A DNA stretch of 60,067 nt from Oligoflexus sp. (GTDB taxonomy: Bacteria; Bdellovibrionota_B; Oligoflexia; Oligoflexales; Oligoflexaceae). The DNA is taken from assembly GCA_041736305.1 (NCBI GenBank), contig JBGSTX010000002.1:1-60067 (forward strand), read 5' to 3'. The position numbers were made by a program, and so were the translations under genes. Below, piece after piece: positions 8,908-19,028 of the stretch; the stretch's first letter is position 1, and the number at the start of each line of letters is the position of its first letter. Under the pieces are notes generated by a model. That model ran no database searches. It saw only the letters and a list, made by a program, of their open reading frames with translations, and had not been told where the DNA came from.

Positions 8908-10446
8908 ATGAACCTTTGCCAGCATCTTGGATTAAATATTTCACTGAGCTTCCTTATCTTCGGCATGGCTGCCTGCGGGCCCAGCTCGAATTCCCAGCTC
9001 CGCATCGTCGGGGGAGAGAGTTTTCCAGCGAGCGATAAGTTGCAGAGTTACCTGGCCAATGTTAAGAGCGGTGAAAATCTTAGCTGTACAGGAGTCTTAG
9101 CCTCTCCGATGCTTATTCTCACTGCAGCCCATTGCCTACCCGCTGACCCTTCTGAGCCGCTGAGTATCGAGCTTCCTTATTTTCCAGACGCCGCTCCCAA
9201 AGTGAAGAAATCCCTGAAGTTTTGGGATGAAGCAGGTGCATTTTTTCCCAATTTTGATCTGGCTTGGATTCGCCTAGAAGAGCCGGCAGCAGCAGGGCTT
9301 GAACCTTTGCCCATCCTTCGCGATCCTAATCTTTTAGTTCCTGGGAGTACCTTAGCTCTAGCTGGATTTGGGCCAGATTCAAGGCCCACACTTGCAGTCA
9401 GCGAATTTGAGCGCTACGCAGATTCTCCTCATCTCATGAGCGTGCTGACGCTGAGAGGTCAGGGGAAAACGGTGACAAGTAGAGGCGATTCTGGTTCGCC
9501 GTCATTCCTCTGGAGAGACGGTGAATGGCTGCTCGTTGGGACAACTAGCGGCAAGCATCCCATCCTCACTCCTGAAGCCTATGAAAATGGGGCTCTAAAA
9601 GCCTCAAGTCCGGCGACTCTGCAGAGCTTTATTGGCGACTATGCCTCCTGGATAGAATCTACGAGCGGCGTGCAAATTGCCCAACGTTTTGAAAGGAGCG
9701 AGCCGTCACACATTGAAATGCAAAAGGACGTCAGCGAACTTTCCCCGCCAGCTTCCTGGTCGCAATGGATGAACCAAGCCAATTTTCGCGCAGCTTCATG
9801 GGCAACTGTTCATAAACTACTCGAGCAAATGTTCATCGTCGGCTCGCAGAAGGGGATAAAAGCGTCTTGGCCGGATCTCTTCACTGATACTGACGTCAGC
9901 ACCGAGCTTTTACCCTTATTAGAAAACTTGCCTGGAACTACGATAGGTCTTGGTTCGCAACGGATTGCTATCGTGGATTTGAGCCCTTTGGCCAGTTTAC
10001 CTACTCTCAAAAATTTAAGCCTCGACGATAGACCCTACCGGGGCCTCGAATTTCTCAGCCAGATACCCAGCTTGGAAAAGCTCGAGGTAAAGGCCCGTTT
10101 CAGTGGCCGCCCAGCGGCTTCGGGTTTAGGGCTCGAGCGCATTGCGGGAGCTAAGCTCCAAGAGTTGAACTTACAAGGCCTGGCGCTCAGCGATCTCCAG
10201 TCCGTACGCTGGGACAAGTTGCAAGCTCTGCGCAAGCTTGGTCTCAAGGGACAAAAGGGAGAAGGACTGCCAAGTTCAGCCCTGGGATTTTTGCCAGCAC
10301 TTTCGTCACAGCTGGAGAGTTTACGTCTAGAGAACTGGTACTGCGACGGTCGCACTCTGACGATTGATGCGCGCAGCTTCCTCGATCTCGGTCAGGAAAG
10401 AAGTAAAGTCGCTAATGACTGCGTTCTTTTGTCGGGAACGCCATAG
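8908..10446 (+). CDS. S1 (trypsin-fold) serine protease lipoprotein with a C-terminal leucine-rich-repeat region
   Basis: Lipobox AAC; R-IVGG; TAAHC; FDLAWI; GDSGSP; LxxLxxLxL repeats. Confidence 0.88.
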   Translation: MNLCQHLGLNISLSFLIFGMAACGPSSNSQLRIVGGESFPASDKLQSYLANVKSGENLSCTGVLASPMLILTAAHCLPADPSEPLSIELPYFPDAAPKVKKSLKFWDEAGAFFPNFDLAWIRLEEPAAAGLEPLPILRDPNLLVPGSTLALAGFGPDSRPTLAVSEFERYADSPHLMSVLTLRGQGKTVTSRGDSGSPSFLWRDGEWLLVGTTSGKHPILTPEAYENGALKASSPATLQSFIGDYASWIESTSGVQIAQRFERSEPSHIEMQKDVSELSPPASWSQWMNQANFRAASWATVHKLLEQMFIVGSQKGIKASWPDLFTDTDVSTELLPLLENLPGTTIGLGSQRIAIVDLSPLASLPTLKNLSLDDRPYRGLEFLSQIPSLEKLEVKARFSGRPAASGLGLERIAGAKLQELNLQGLALSDLQSVRWDKLQALRKLGLKGQKGEGLPSSALGFLPALSSQLESLRLENWYCDGRTLTIDARSFLDLGQERSKVANDCVLLSGTP

Positions 10447-10518
10447 TGATTAAACCTCTCGTCGCCCAGAAGAATAACATGCCGTCGTGGCCTGGTCTCT
10501 TTGCGCGGCGGAAAAATA

Positions 10519-11037
10519 ATGAAACGCTTTACCCAATTCTTCATGCTTATTTCTTTCCTCTATCTACTTTTCATCGTCATTGATCTCAATACACGTCAAG
10601 TTGATCAAAAATTGGATCACGATCGCTCTATCACTGCCAACAGTGGAGGAGCGCCTGGGTTAGCTAAGAACCGCGTCCAGCCAGCCAAGCTATTGGCGGC
10701 CAAGCTTTCTCAGAAGCCGAAGGCTCTCAAACCCAAGCCTGTTCCACAGGAAAGTGAGCCGGAAGCATTAGGCGAAGAAGCACCTTCACACTTTGCTGAA
10801 AATTTGAGCTCATCGGCTCGGATTCGGCCGGAACGCAGGCCTGCACACTGGGAACGGCAAGAGCTAAGAAAGGCTGAAGACAATTGTTCGCGGGATCGAG
10901 ACTGTACTCCGCGGGGACGCGACGGAGTCTTGATGCTAGGCGGCAGCTTTGCTGCAAACCAGCCTTTAGCTTCTTGGCAGGGTGTCTGGGGCTTTGGCAA
11001 CAATGTCGAGCGGAGCCCTCTGCTTAATATGAGATGA
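10519..11037 (+). CDS. Hypothetical membrane-anchored protein
   Basis: ATG at 10519; N-terminal TM helix followed by a low-complexity region. Confidence 0.55.
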   Translation: MKRFTQFFMLISFLYLLFIVIDLNTRQVDQKLDHDRSITANSGGAPGLAKNRVQPAKLLAAKLSQKPKALKPKPVPQESEPEALGEEAPSHFAENLSSSARIRPERRPAHWERQELRKAEDNCSRDRDCTPRGRDGVLMLGGSFAANQPLASWQGVWGFGNNVERSPLLNMR

Positions 11038-11141
11038 TCGAAGCTTGATCGCAGCATACTCGCACAGCTTTGCAGAGACCGGACGATTTGTTATCTTTGT
11101 TGATTGATGTCCATGCGAGACGCAATCAAGGAAGATGAAAC

Positions 11142-12074
11142 ATGATTGAAGTTCGGTCGATCAGCAAGTTCTATGGGAACAAAAAAGCTGTTGATGCCTT
11201 GAGCTTTGGGATTCGCGAGGGAGAAATTGTTGGCCTCTTGGGCCTCAATGGGGCAGGCAAAAGCACCATCCTCAAGATGCTCGGATGCTTCTTGGTCCCT
11301 TCACAGGGTGATGCCTTAATAGGCGGCCATTCAGTTCTAGAAGACCCAGATTCAGTTCGGCGTATGATTGGCTATCTTCCGGATACGCCCCCTCTCTATA
11401 ACGAGATGAAGGTCAAGTCTTATCTCGAATTCGTGGCCCAACTCAAGAATGTTGCCCGGAGTGACGTGCAGAAGTTGGTTGGTTTAGCCATTGGAAAAAC
11501 CAACCTGGGCGAAGTCGCCAGCTCCCGGATCAGTGAACTCTCGCATGGTTTTAGGCAGCGGGTCGGCATCGCTCAAGCCCTCGTCCATCAGCCGAAAGTC
11601 CTGATCCTTGACGAACCGATCAACGGTCTTGACCCTATCCAAATCGTTGAAATGCGCGACCTCGTACTGTCGCTCAAAGGCCAGCACACCCTCATTCTTT
11701 CCAGCCACATCCTTTCTGAAATCACCAAGACCTGCGATCGTATTCTCGTGATCGATCGCGGACACCTTGTCGCCGAGGGCACCGAAGCCCAATTGCGGGG
11801 TAAAGGTGGCCAAAGTTTCGAAGTGACCCTTGAGGTTCAAGGCATCCAGCCAGATCTCCTCGCCGCAGTGAGGAATATACCGGGCGTCATCAAAATTCAT
11901 GAAAAGAGCGGTAGCGGGATGCTGACGGTGCAGTGCTCAGTCGATATCCGCTCTGAGATCGCGCGTGTGGTGGTCGAAGGCGGTGGCCGTCTTCTCACCC
12001 TGAACAAGAAAGAAGCCGAGCTCGAAACTCTGTTCCTGAAGCTAGTCAAAGGTGAAGGAGGGAATCATGTCTAA
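11142..12074 (+). CDS. ABC transporter ATP-binding protein (GldA-like)
   Basis: GLNGAGKS Walker A, LSHGFRQR signature, ILDEP, SSHILSE. Confidence 0.93.
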   Translation: MIEVRSISKFYGNKKAVDALSFGIREGEIVGLLGLNGAGKSTILKMLGCFLVPSQGDALIGGHSVLEDPDSVRRMIGYLPDTPPLYNEMKVKSYLEFVAQLKNVARSDVQKLVGLAIGKTNLGEVASSRISELSHGFRQRVGIAQALVHQPKVLILDEPINGLDPIQIVEMRDLVLSLKGQHTLILSSHILSEITKTCDRILVIDRGHLVAEGTEAQLRGKGGQSFEVTLEVQGIQPDLLAAVRNIPGVIKIHEKSGSGMLTVQCSVDIRSEIARVVVEGGGRLLTLNKKEAELETLFLKLVKGEGGNHV

Positions 12075-12795
12075 AGTTTGGCTGATCGCGAGACGAGAAA
12101 TTGCGTCTTATTTCACAACCTGGATGGGCTACATTATTTTAGCGGCAGCTCTCCTTATCGAAGGGCTGCTCTTCAATGCCTTCGCGATCGGGGACTCTAT
12201 GAAGTTCTCGGCCGACGTTCTCCGCGACTTCTTCTACTTCAGCAGCGGTATCGGAATGGTGGCCGCGGTGCTCCTGTCCATCCGCCTTTTAGCCGAAGAG
12301 AAGCAGTCGGGAACTGTAGTTCTCTACTATACTTCGCCTATCACGGAGCGGCAGCTCGTGTATGGCAAATTTCTCTCTGCCTGGCTCATGTACGGCATCC
12401 TTCAGCTCATCAGCATTTATCTCCCGAGTCTTATCTTTCTCGAGGGCAAAATCTCAATAGGGCACATGGCGGCAGGTTATCTAGGTCTCATGCTACTGGG
12501 AGGTGGTGTCATAGCTATTTCTCTCTTTTCTTCGGTCCTCGCTTCAAATCAACTCATGGCAGGGGTATTGGCGACAGGTATTACGGTCATTTTCCTGGTC
12601 TTCTGGCTCATTTCCTACAAAGTGGATGCGCCTTTCCAAGCCGTATTCAGCTACATATCCATACATAATGAACGGTTTAGGCCCTTTTCAATTGGCGTGG
12701 TTCACATCAAAGACTGCGTTTTTTACCTAAGCCTTTGCTTCTTCTTTCTTGAAGCTTCAACGAAAATTATTGAGACACGGAGGTTGCAGGGATAA
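12067..12795 (+). CDS. ABC-2 permease (GldF-like)
   Basis: IARREIASYF, LAEEKQSGT, GKFL, about 6 TM helices. Confidence 0.9.
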   Translation: MSKVWLIARREIASYFTTWMGYIILAAALLIEGLLFNAFAIGDSMKFSADVLRDFFYFSSGIGMVAAVLLSIRLLAEEKQSGTVVLYYTSPITERQLVYGKFLSAWLMYGILQLISIYLPSLIFLEGKISIGHMAAGYLGLMLLGGGVIAISLFSSVLASNQLMAGVLATGITVIFLVFWLISYKVDAPFQAVFSYISIHNERFRPFSIGVVHIKDCVFYLSLCFFFLEASTKIIETRRLQG

Positions 12796-14639
12796 TGGAA
12801 GCAATCAAAGGCTTACGAGTGCCCATTTTTCTCTTAGGATTGGCTCTGATTTTCGCCAGCGAGCGCTATCTCACGCTTTACCCGAGCTATAGGTACATTA
12901 CGCTGGGTGCTTGGATCATCAGCATTTTGCCAGTTCTGACCTGTATTCTTTTCTATCGAAAGGCTAAGGCGCGCGGTACCTCCAATGAGGCCAGATCTTG
13001 GCTCTACCTGTGTCTTTGGCAAAGCGTTGTTCTCGCTGGAGCAGCCCTATACTATCCCTATAAGTGGCAGCTGGAAAAGCTAGCGGATAGCAACTCTCTC
13101 ATACTCAAGGTTTTGATAGTCATATGGCTTAGCTTGGTGGTCATTGGGCTTTTCACCGGTCTCGGTCTTGAGCTTGCCCATCGCACCAACGGAGAAGGAG
13201 AAACGGCTGAACCGAATCGCCTCAAGTGGAGTGGTGCCGGCTGGCTCGGCATTGGCCTGCTTTTCTCAGGACTCTTCGCGCTTAACTACGGTACCGCTCA
13301 CAAAGACCAGGTGTTTGACCTTTCCTATTTCAAGACGACCCGTCCCGGGGATTCGACCTTAAAAATAGCTGAAGGTCTCACCGATCCTATCAAAATAGGC
13401 CTCTTCTTCGCCAAAGACAGCGAGGTTCTGCCGTTTGTTCGTCCCTACATCGATACGATTGCGCAAAAGAATTCTAAAATTGAAGTTGGCGTCTACGATA
13501 AAGATTATTTTCCTCTGCAAGCTGAGGAGTTTCGGGCCTCACGCAACGGGGTTATTATCATCCAAAAGGGTGACCAACGTCAGAAAGTAGACCTAGGTGA
13601 TCAGCTCGAAGGCGCTCGTAAAAAGTTGCGGAAGCTTGACGTCGACTTTCAAAAAGCTTTGGTATCACTGATAGAACCGCCGCGTGTGGCTTATTTCACC
13701 CGGACTCACGGGGAGATGTCCTGGCTTGAAGTAGCGAACCGCTCTCCCTTTCGCGCTATAAGAGGCTTTGAGGGCCTGCTTCGTTCCCAGAATATCAGCT
13801 CACGGTCTATCACAAATGTATTTGCTGCAGCTCCTGTTGATGCGGCAATGGTCGCTATAGTGGGCCCAGTTGGGACTCTCGGTATCGAAGAAGTCAAAGT
13901 CTTACGTGAGTACGTCGATAAAGGGGGCAAAGTTCTCATAGCTCTCGATATCGAGTCGGCTGGCGAAAGTCCGGAGGGAATACAGACAGGTGATCAGCAG
14001 CCGCTGCTTGATTGGCTTGAGGAAATGGGGATCAGCTATCAAAAAACCCCACTGGTCAATGATAAAGAATATGTGAGTATGGGACGCGATAACGAGCTGA
14101 CTCGCATGTTTCTCTTCAGCAACGTCTTTGGTTCTCACGAGTCAGTGACGACCCTGACGCGAAACGACGACAAGCTCAACGTACTCTACTTTCAGTCTGG
14201 GTACTTTGACATCAAGGCACCTCAGAACGAGTGGAAGACAGTTGCGACGATGATGAGTACGAAGAACACCTTCGCTGACAAGAACAAGAACCTGAAATTC
14301 GACGAGAGCGAGGCGCGATCTTCCTATCCAGTCGCAGCAGCCGCTGAGAAGACTCTCGCTGACGGCAAGAAAGCTCAGGTAGTGGCGTTTGCCGATGCTA
14401 CCCTCCTGTCAGACGCTCTCATGACTTACAACGGCAACCAATTCATTGCTCTCGATACGATTCGCTGGTTGAACGGCCGCTCCGAAACCGCCGGTGAAGT
14501 TGAGTCTGAAGAGGATGTGAAGATTCAGCATTCGCGTGGCCGCGAGCTTTTCGTATTTCATGGCTCCATCTACCTCATACCCGTCATTATTATTGGATTA
14601 GGCTTTATCACCAATCGCCGTAAGAGGGTACGCTCATGA
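12795..14639 (+). CDS. GldG-like ABC transporter auxiliary membrane protein
   Basis: N-terminal TMs; FDLS, YFTRTHGE, IVGP, YVDKGGKVLIALD; C-terminal TM; translationally coupled. Confidence 0.85.
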   Translation: MEAIKGLRVPIFLLGLALIFASERYLTLYPSYRYITLGAWIISILPVLTCILFYRKAKARGTSNEARSWLYLCLWQSVVLAGAALYYPYKWQLEKLADSNSLILKVLIVIWLSLVVIGLFTGLGLELAHRTNGEGETAEPNRLKWSGAGWLGIGLLFSGLFALNYGTAHKDQVFDLSYFKTTRPGDSTLKIAEGLTDPIKIGLFFAKDSEVLPFVRPYIDTIAQKNSKIEVGVYDKDYFPLQAEEFRASRNGVIIIQKGDQRQKVDLGDQLEGARKKLRKLDVDFQKALVSLIEPPRVAYFTRTHGEMSWLEVANRSPFRAIRGFEGLLRSQNISSRSITNVFAAAPVDAAMVAIVGPVGTLGIEEVKVLREYVDKGGKVLIALDIESAGESPEGIQTGDQQPLLDWLEEMGISYQKTPLVNDKEYVSMGRDNELTRMFLFSNVFGSHESVTTLTRNDDKLNVLYFQSGYFDIKAPQNEWKTVATMMSTKNTFADKNKNLKFDESEARSSYPVAAAAEKTLADGKKAQVVAFADATLLSDALMTYNGNQFIALDTIRWLNGRSETAGEVESEEDVKIQHSRGRELFVFHGSIYLIPVIIIGLGFITNRRKRVRS

Positions 14640-15601
14640 AAGTTAAGGTCCTACCCTACTTTGTATTTTTCCTGGCCTGCCTGGGCTTTGCCTATTACGC
14701 CTCAGGGCCTACAGTCGAGAAGAAGCGTTCTAGCCAGGAATGGACTAGCGTGCCCAGAGATAGCGTCGACGCAATTCACTATGACTACGAAGGAGTCGTG
14801 GCGGATGTGAAGCGGGTTTCTGGTACGCAGAGCTACTGGGTAGACTACACCAGAGTTGCAGAAGGGCCGAAAGGAACCAAAGAGGAGGCCGGGCGCATCC
14901 TCGCTGGCGAGCGGATGAAAGAAGTTCTAGACCTGCTGCAGAGCCTGCAAGTTGAAAAAGTTATTGGCCCAGTAAAAGACGTTAAAATCGAAGAATTTGG
15001 TCTCGATAAGCCTAGCGGCAGCTTCGAAGTAAAGTATGGAGGCGATAAGTCCTTCAAGCTAGCCATCGGCAAGAGGAGCTTTCAATCTCAAGGTGTTTTT
15101 GTTCTCGATGAAGGCAAGCAAACCATACTCATGGTCAACAGGAAACTTTTCAGTGCTTTTGAGAGACCGAAGGGTCGCCTCGGGCTTGATCACCCCTTTC
15201 TCTTCGAGGGTGATCAAGTGACTTCGGTCAGCATAAGTGCGGAAAATGAGCAAAGGGAATTCGTTCGGCAGAATAAGGGCGAAAGCAAGCTTTGGTTCGC
15301 GCGCAGCAAGTCGGATGCTCCTCACGAGTCGTTTCGCAGCTGGCTTGAGAAGTTTCTGCGTTTAAAAGTGGAGACCTATCCCGAAGAGGGCCAGATTCAA
15401 GCCATCGAGCAGCTACCGAGAAAATTTACGCTCCAGTTTGGTGGAGATAAGGGTGAACTGGACGTGCTGGCGATCTTTGAAGACAAGTCTGCGACCCCGG
15501 CCCGCTACTGGGTCAAGAGCAAGGCACTACCAGTCCCGCTTGGGGTTGACGCCAGTGCGATCGCCGTTCTTATTTCCGATCTGCCTAATATCCTCAAATA
15601 G
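14636..15601 (+). CDS. DUF4340-like periplasmic protein
   Basis: N-terminal TM; EFGLDKP motif; usual fourth gene of GldAFG-like loci; ATGA overlap. Confidence 0.75.
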   Translation: MKVKVLPYFVFFLACLGFAYYASGPTVEKKRSSQEWTSVPRDSVDAIHYDYEGVVADVKRVSGTQSYWVDYTRVAEGPKGTKEEAGRILAGERMKEVLDLLQSLQVEKVIGPVKDVKIEEFGLDKPSGSFEVKYGGDKSFKLAIGKRSFQSQGVFVLDEGKQTILMVNRKLFSAFERPKGRLGLDHPFLFEGDQVTSVSISAENEQREFVRQNKGESKLWFARSKSDAPHESFRSWLEKFLRLKVETYPEEGQIQAIEQLPRKFTLQFGGDKGELDVLAIFEDKSATPARYWVKSKALPVPLGVDASAIAVLISDLPNILK

Positions 15602-15848
15602 ATCGAGAGATATAGCTAGGGGTGCTCCGCCTGCCCCCTAGCCTCCAGCTTCCCATCCGAGACGAACCCAAGTAGGCAATATATGCCATAATAGACAGGA
15701 CTTGCCTGCCTTGTAAGGCCAGATTTCAGTGTGCTAGAATGATATAGAGTCATCAGCTTGCATCGTTCCGGGGCCGTTCTACACCGAGGGATACGGTTAA
15801 CTAGACCTGTACGATGCCATTTTCTTCGGCGTGTTTCGGAGGATCCCC

Positions 15849-16691
15849 ATGGGATTGCGGATAGCGACCAACGTATCTTCGCTTACAGCTCAAAGACATT
15901 TGATCAATACGCGAAGACTGTTAGACCGTTCTTTAGAGCGCTTGTCTAGCGGATATCGAATCAACAAAGCCGGTGACGATGCCGCAGGTCTCGCGATCTC
16001 AGAGAAACTGCGAGCGAAGACCCGAGGCCTTATCCAAGCCCAGAGGAACGCTTCCGATGGTATATCTCTGATCCAGGTTGCGGAAGGTGGACTCGAGGAA
16101 ATTCAGAACATCCTGATTCGTTTGCGCGAACTTGGTGTCCAAGCCGCCAGTGATACGATCGGGCCTCAGGAACGCCGCTATCTCAACGAGGAATATCAGG
16201 CGCTCAAGGAAGAAATTGACCGTATCGCCAACGTTACCGAATTCAACGGTACAGTTCTATTGGATGGTACGGGCGGAAGTCTGGATTTCCAGGTCAGTAC
16301 AGGGGGCCAGAACCTTCTTGGTGTTGACCGCATTTCCTTTGATGCTTTTAAGTCGGATGTTAACGCCGATAAGCTTGGTCTCGAAGAACTTTCTATCGAC
16401 ACTAAGGTCAATGCCCAGCGGAGCCTCAGCATTCTCGACAATGCTATCGAAGATGTGTCTTCGATCCGCGGCGAGCTCGGTGCGATTGATAATCGGCTCT
16501 CGAGTACAATTAGAAACCTCTCGGTTTCTATCGAAAACCTCTCTGCAGCCAATTCACGCATTAAAGATGTCGATATCGCGGTGGAAACCTCTGAACTCAC
16601 GCGGAACAATATCATGATGCAAGCAGGAACCTCGGTCCTGCAGCAGGCGAATTCAATTCCAAAAATGGCCTTGACGCTCCTTCAGCAGTAA
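15849..16691 (+). CDS. fliC: Flagellin (short, ~280 aa)
   Basis: MGLRIATN, LSSGYRINKAGDDAAGLAIS, SRIKDVD, QANSIP. Confidence 0.97.
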   Translation: MGLRIATNVSSLTAQRHLINTRRLLDRSLERLSSGYRINKAGDDAAGLAISEKLRAKTRGLIQAQRNASDGISLIQVAEGGLEEIQNILIRLRELGVQAASDTIGPQERRYLNEEYQALKEEIDRIANVTEFNGTVLLDGTGGSLDFQVSTGGQNLLGVDRISFDAFKSDVNADKLGLEELSIDTKVNAQRSLSILDNAIEDVSSIRGELGAIDNRLSSTIRNLSVSIENLSAANSRIKDVDIAVETSELTRNNIMMQAGTSVLQQANSIPKMALTLLQQ

Positions 16692-16704
16692 TATTCAGGC
16701 CTAT

Positions 16705-17628
16705 TTAAATTGAATCAAGACCCCAGATAAAGAGCTCATCGAGCTCTTTTTCTATTTGAGGGTCCAGCACTTTCGCTAAAGCCATTGGCACCTCCTCCTT
16801 CCCTTTCGCTAAGCCTCTGAGACACTTGAGCCAAGCCGCATCCAACGAGCCAGGTGCCAAGAGCAGAGTGTCCTCGACTTCATTGAGCCGTGCAATAGAA
16901 GCGATGAGAGATTCGAGCTCTTGCGGGGACTGAGCGCCCCATTCATGGATAACCCCGAGCATGTCGTATCCCTTACCCACCAAAGCATATGCCCTTACAA
17001 TTCCCTGCCGTTGGATAATGAAAACATCGAGCCAGGGAATTTCTAGAAGCCGACGAAAGTCTCGCGTTGTGCGTTCGAGGCTCAGAGGAGTCCGGAGTCT
17101 CAAATCGATCAGCTTTTGCAGAGTCAAATCATCGAGTTCTCGATGAGCTTCTCGGTAGCAAAGAACCTCGTCGCCGGCAGTTCTCCGTCCGGTGCCCCGG
17201 CTAAACGAGAAGCGGAATTCCCTGCCCAGTGTCTTGTAGCCGACCTTGTGATAGAATGTGGATAGGTCGCTCCACAGCACCAGAGCCTTGAGGCCTTTTC
17301 CTTTGGCCTCCTCTTCCATCTTCGCCAGCAAGCTGCGCATGTGTCCGTTGCCACGGAGATCCGGATCGGTGGCCACGTTACCGACGAGGCCGATGCCGAA
17401 AATTGGCGTCCCTCTCTTGTCAAAGACAAGGCGCGGCCAAAGATTAGCATGAGAGCAGAGGCGCCCCTCATGATCATGGCAGTAGCTAAAGTCCCGCCCT
17501 TCGGTGGCGAGGACTATCGGATATTCCTCTTCTATCGCAAAAGGCAGCTCATCGGGGCGTAAGCACTTCTGTAAAAGTGAGTTGCGCTGACTGAAATGCT
17601 CAGGGATAGACGGATGATAGACTAGCAT
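16705..17628 (-). CDS. GNAT family N-acetyltransferase (Eis-like N-domain)
   Basis: GNVATDPDLRGNGHM acetyl-CoA motif, LWSD...FYHKVGY; GAGGAG RBS before ATG 17628. Confidence 0.85.
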   Translation of the reverse strand: MLVYHPSIPEHFSQRNSLLQKCLRPDELPFAIEEEYPIVLATEGRDFSYCHDHEGRLCSHANLWPRLVFDKRGTPIFGIGLVGNVATDPDLRGNGHMRSLLAKMEEEAKGKGLKALVLWSDLSTFYHKVGYKTLGREFRFSFSRGTGRRTAGDEVLCYREAHRELDDLTLQKLIDLRLRTPLSLERTTRDFRRLLEIPWLDVFIIQRQGIVRAYALVGKGYDMLGVIHEWGAQSPQELESLIASIARLNEVEDTLLLAPGSLDAAWLKCLRGLAKGKEEVPMALAKVLDPQIEKELDELFIWGLDSI

Positions 17629-17670
17629 AATGGATAGAACTCCTCTCAAAGTTCAAAGCAGGGGGCGCTG

Positions 17671-19011
17671 ATGGCTGTCAGAGGACCAGGTGCAACGTCA
17701 GGTTTATTCGATCCTAAGATCGTCGAAGGTCTGATCGAAGTCGAAAAAATTCCCATAGAAAGCGCAAAAAAGCGCAAAGAAAAGGTTCAAACCGAACGCG
17801 ATGAGTTCGGCAAACTGGTCGACCTCGTGGCCAAGCTGGACACTTCACTCAATAAGCTTAAGACCAAAACCGATTTCTACAAAATGAAAGTGGAGTCATC
17901 CCACCCCGACATCATTGACGGCACCATTGACGGAGCTGCCCTTATCGGCAACTACGAGTTTGAGGTGCGAGGAATGGCCAAATCCGAAAAGGAGCTGGCC
18001 TATGGTTTCCCTGATAAAGACAAGACCGGCGTCGGTTTCGGTTATATGGTGATCGAGAGAGAGGATGAAGACGACCTAGAAGTCACAGTAGAACCGGGAG
18101 CCACCCTCCAGGACGTTGCCAATTCTATCAACGATCTTGATGCCGGCATCAAGGCTATGGTCGTCAACACTAAATATGAGCCAGATCCCTATCGCCTCCT
18201 CGTGATAAGTGAGAAGAGTGGCAAGGAATCAAAAATCTTCATCGACGAAGATACGACCTTTCTCGAATTCAAAGAGCAGGTTTCTGGACGCAATCTCGAT
18301 GTTCTCTTCGAAGATGTTCCGGTCACCGACGAAGATAACAACCTCGAAGAGCTAATCGATGGGGTCGTCTTCAACGTCAAACGCTCGGAGCCCGGGACGC
18401 GAGTCCAGATCAACATTGCCCATGATATCGATGCGACTGTAGAAAACATATCGGGACTTATCACCGGCTACAATGAAGTTGCAAAGTTCATCAATAGTCA
18501 GTTCCAGGTCGACGCCAAGACCGGTCGCGCCGGGATACTTGCGGCGGACGCTACCATCAAGACAGTCATGCGAACTCTGCAAAGCAATCTCAGTACGCCT
18601 CTAAGCTCCAGCGGTAAATATAGGACTCTGGCCGATATTGGCATTACGACCAACCCCAAGACGGGTGAGTTCGACTTTGCTGAGAACAAGGTGCGAGCTG
18701 CTCTCGCTGAGGACTATGATGGGGTGGCCTCACTCTTCATCCGCAGCAAGGATTCGCTCGGTATCGCTGCGAGACTTGCCGATCAAGTCAAGGGTTTACG
18801 AGATTCTGGAAACGGAATACTAAAGAGTAGGACGCGATCGCTCGATAATGTTATTAAGGGTCAAGACGAGCAAATCGCACGCAAAGAAGCACAGATGGGC
18901 CGCAAGGAAGAATCGATCAAGCGGCGCTTCACTTCTCTAGAAAGTCAGCTCTCCGGTATGAAAGCCCAGGGCGATTTTCTTAAGCAAAGATTTGCCGCCG
19001 AACAAAACTAG
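17671..19011 (+). CDS. fliD: Flagellar filament cap protein
   Basis: SGLFD..IVEGLI N-terminus, LADIGIT, C-terminal RRFTSLE coiled coil. Confidence 0.93.
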   Translation: MAVRGPGATSGLFDPKIVEGLIEVEKIPIESAKKRKEKVQTERDEFGKLVDLVAKLDTSLNKLKTKTDFYKMKVESSHPDIIDGTIDGAALIGNYEFEVRGMAKSEKELAYGFPDKDKTGVGFGYMVIEREDEDDLEVTVEPGATLQDVANSINDLDAGIKAMVVNTKYEPDPYRLLVISEKSGKESKIFIDEDTTFLEFKEQVSGRNLDVLFEDVPVTDEDNNLEELIDGVVFNVKRSEPGTRVQINIAHDIDATVENISGLITGYNEVAKFINSQFQVDAKTGRAGILAADATIKTVMRTLQSNLSTPLSSSGKYRTLADIGITTNPKTGEFDFAENKVRAALAEDYDGVASLFIRSKDSLGIAARLADQVKGLRDSGNGILKSRTRSLDNVIKGQDEQIARKEAQMGRKEESIKRRFTSLESQLSGMKAQGDFLKQRFAAEQN

Positions 19012-19028
19012 GGCGGAGAAGTTTCCAA

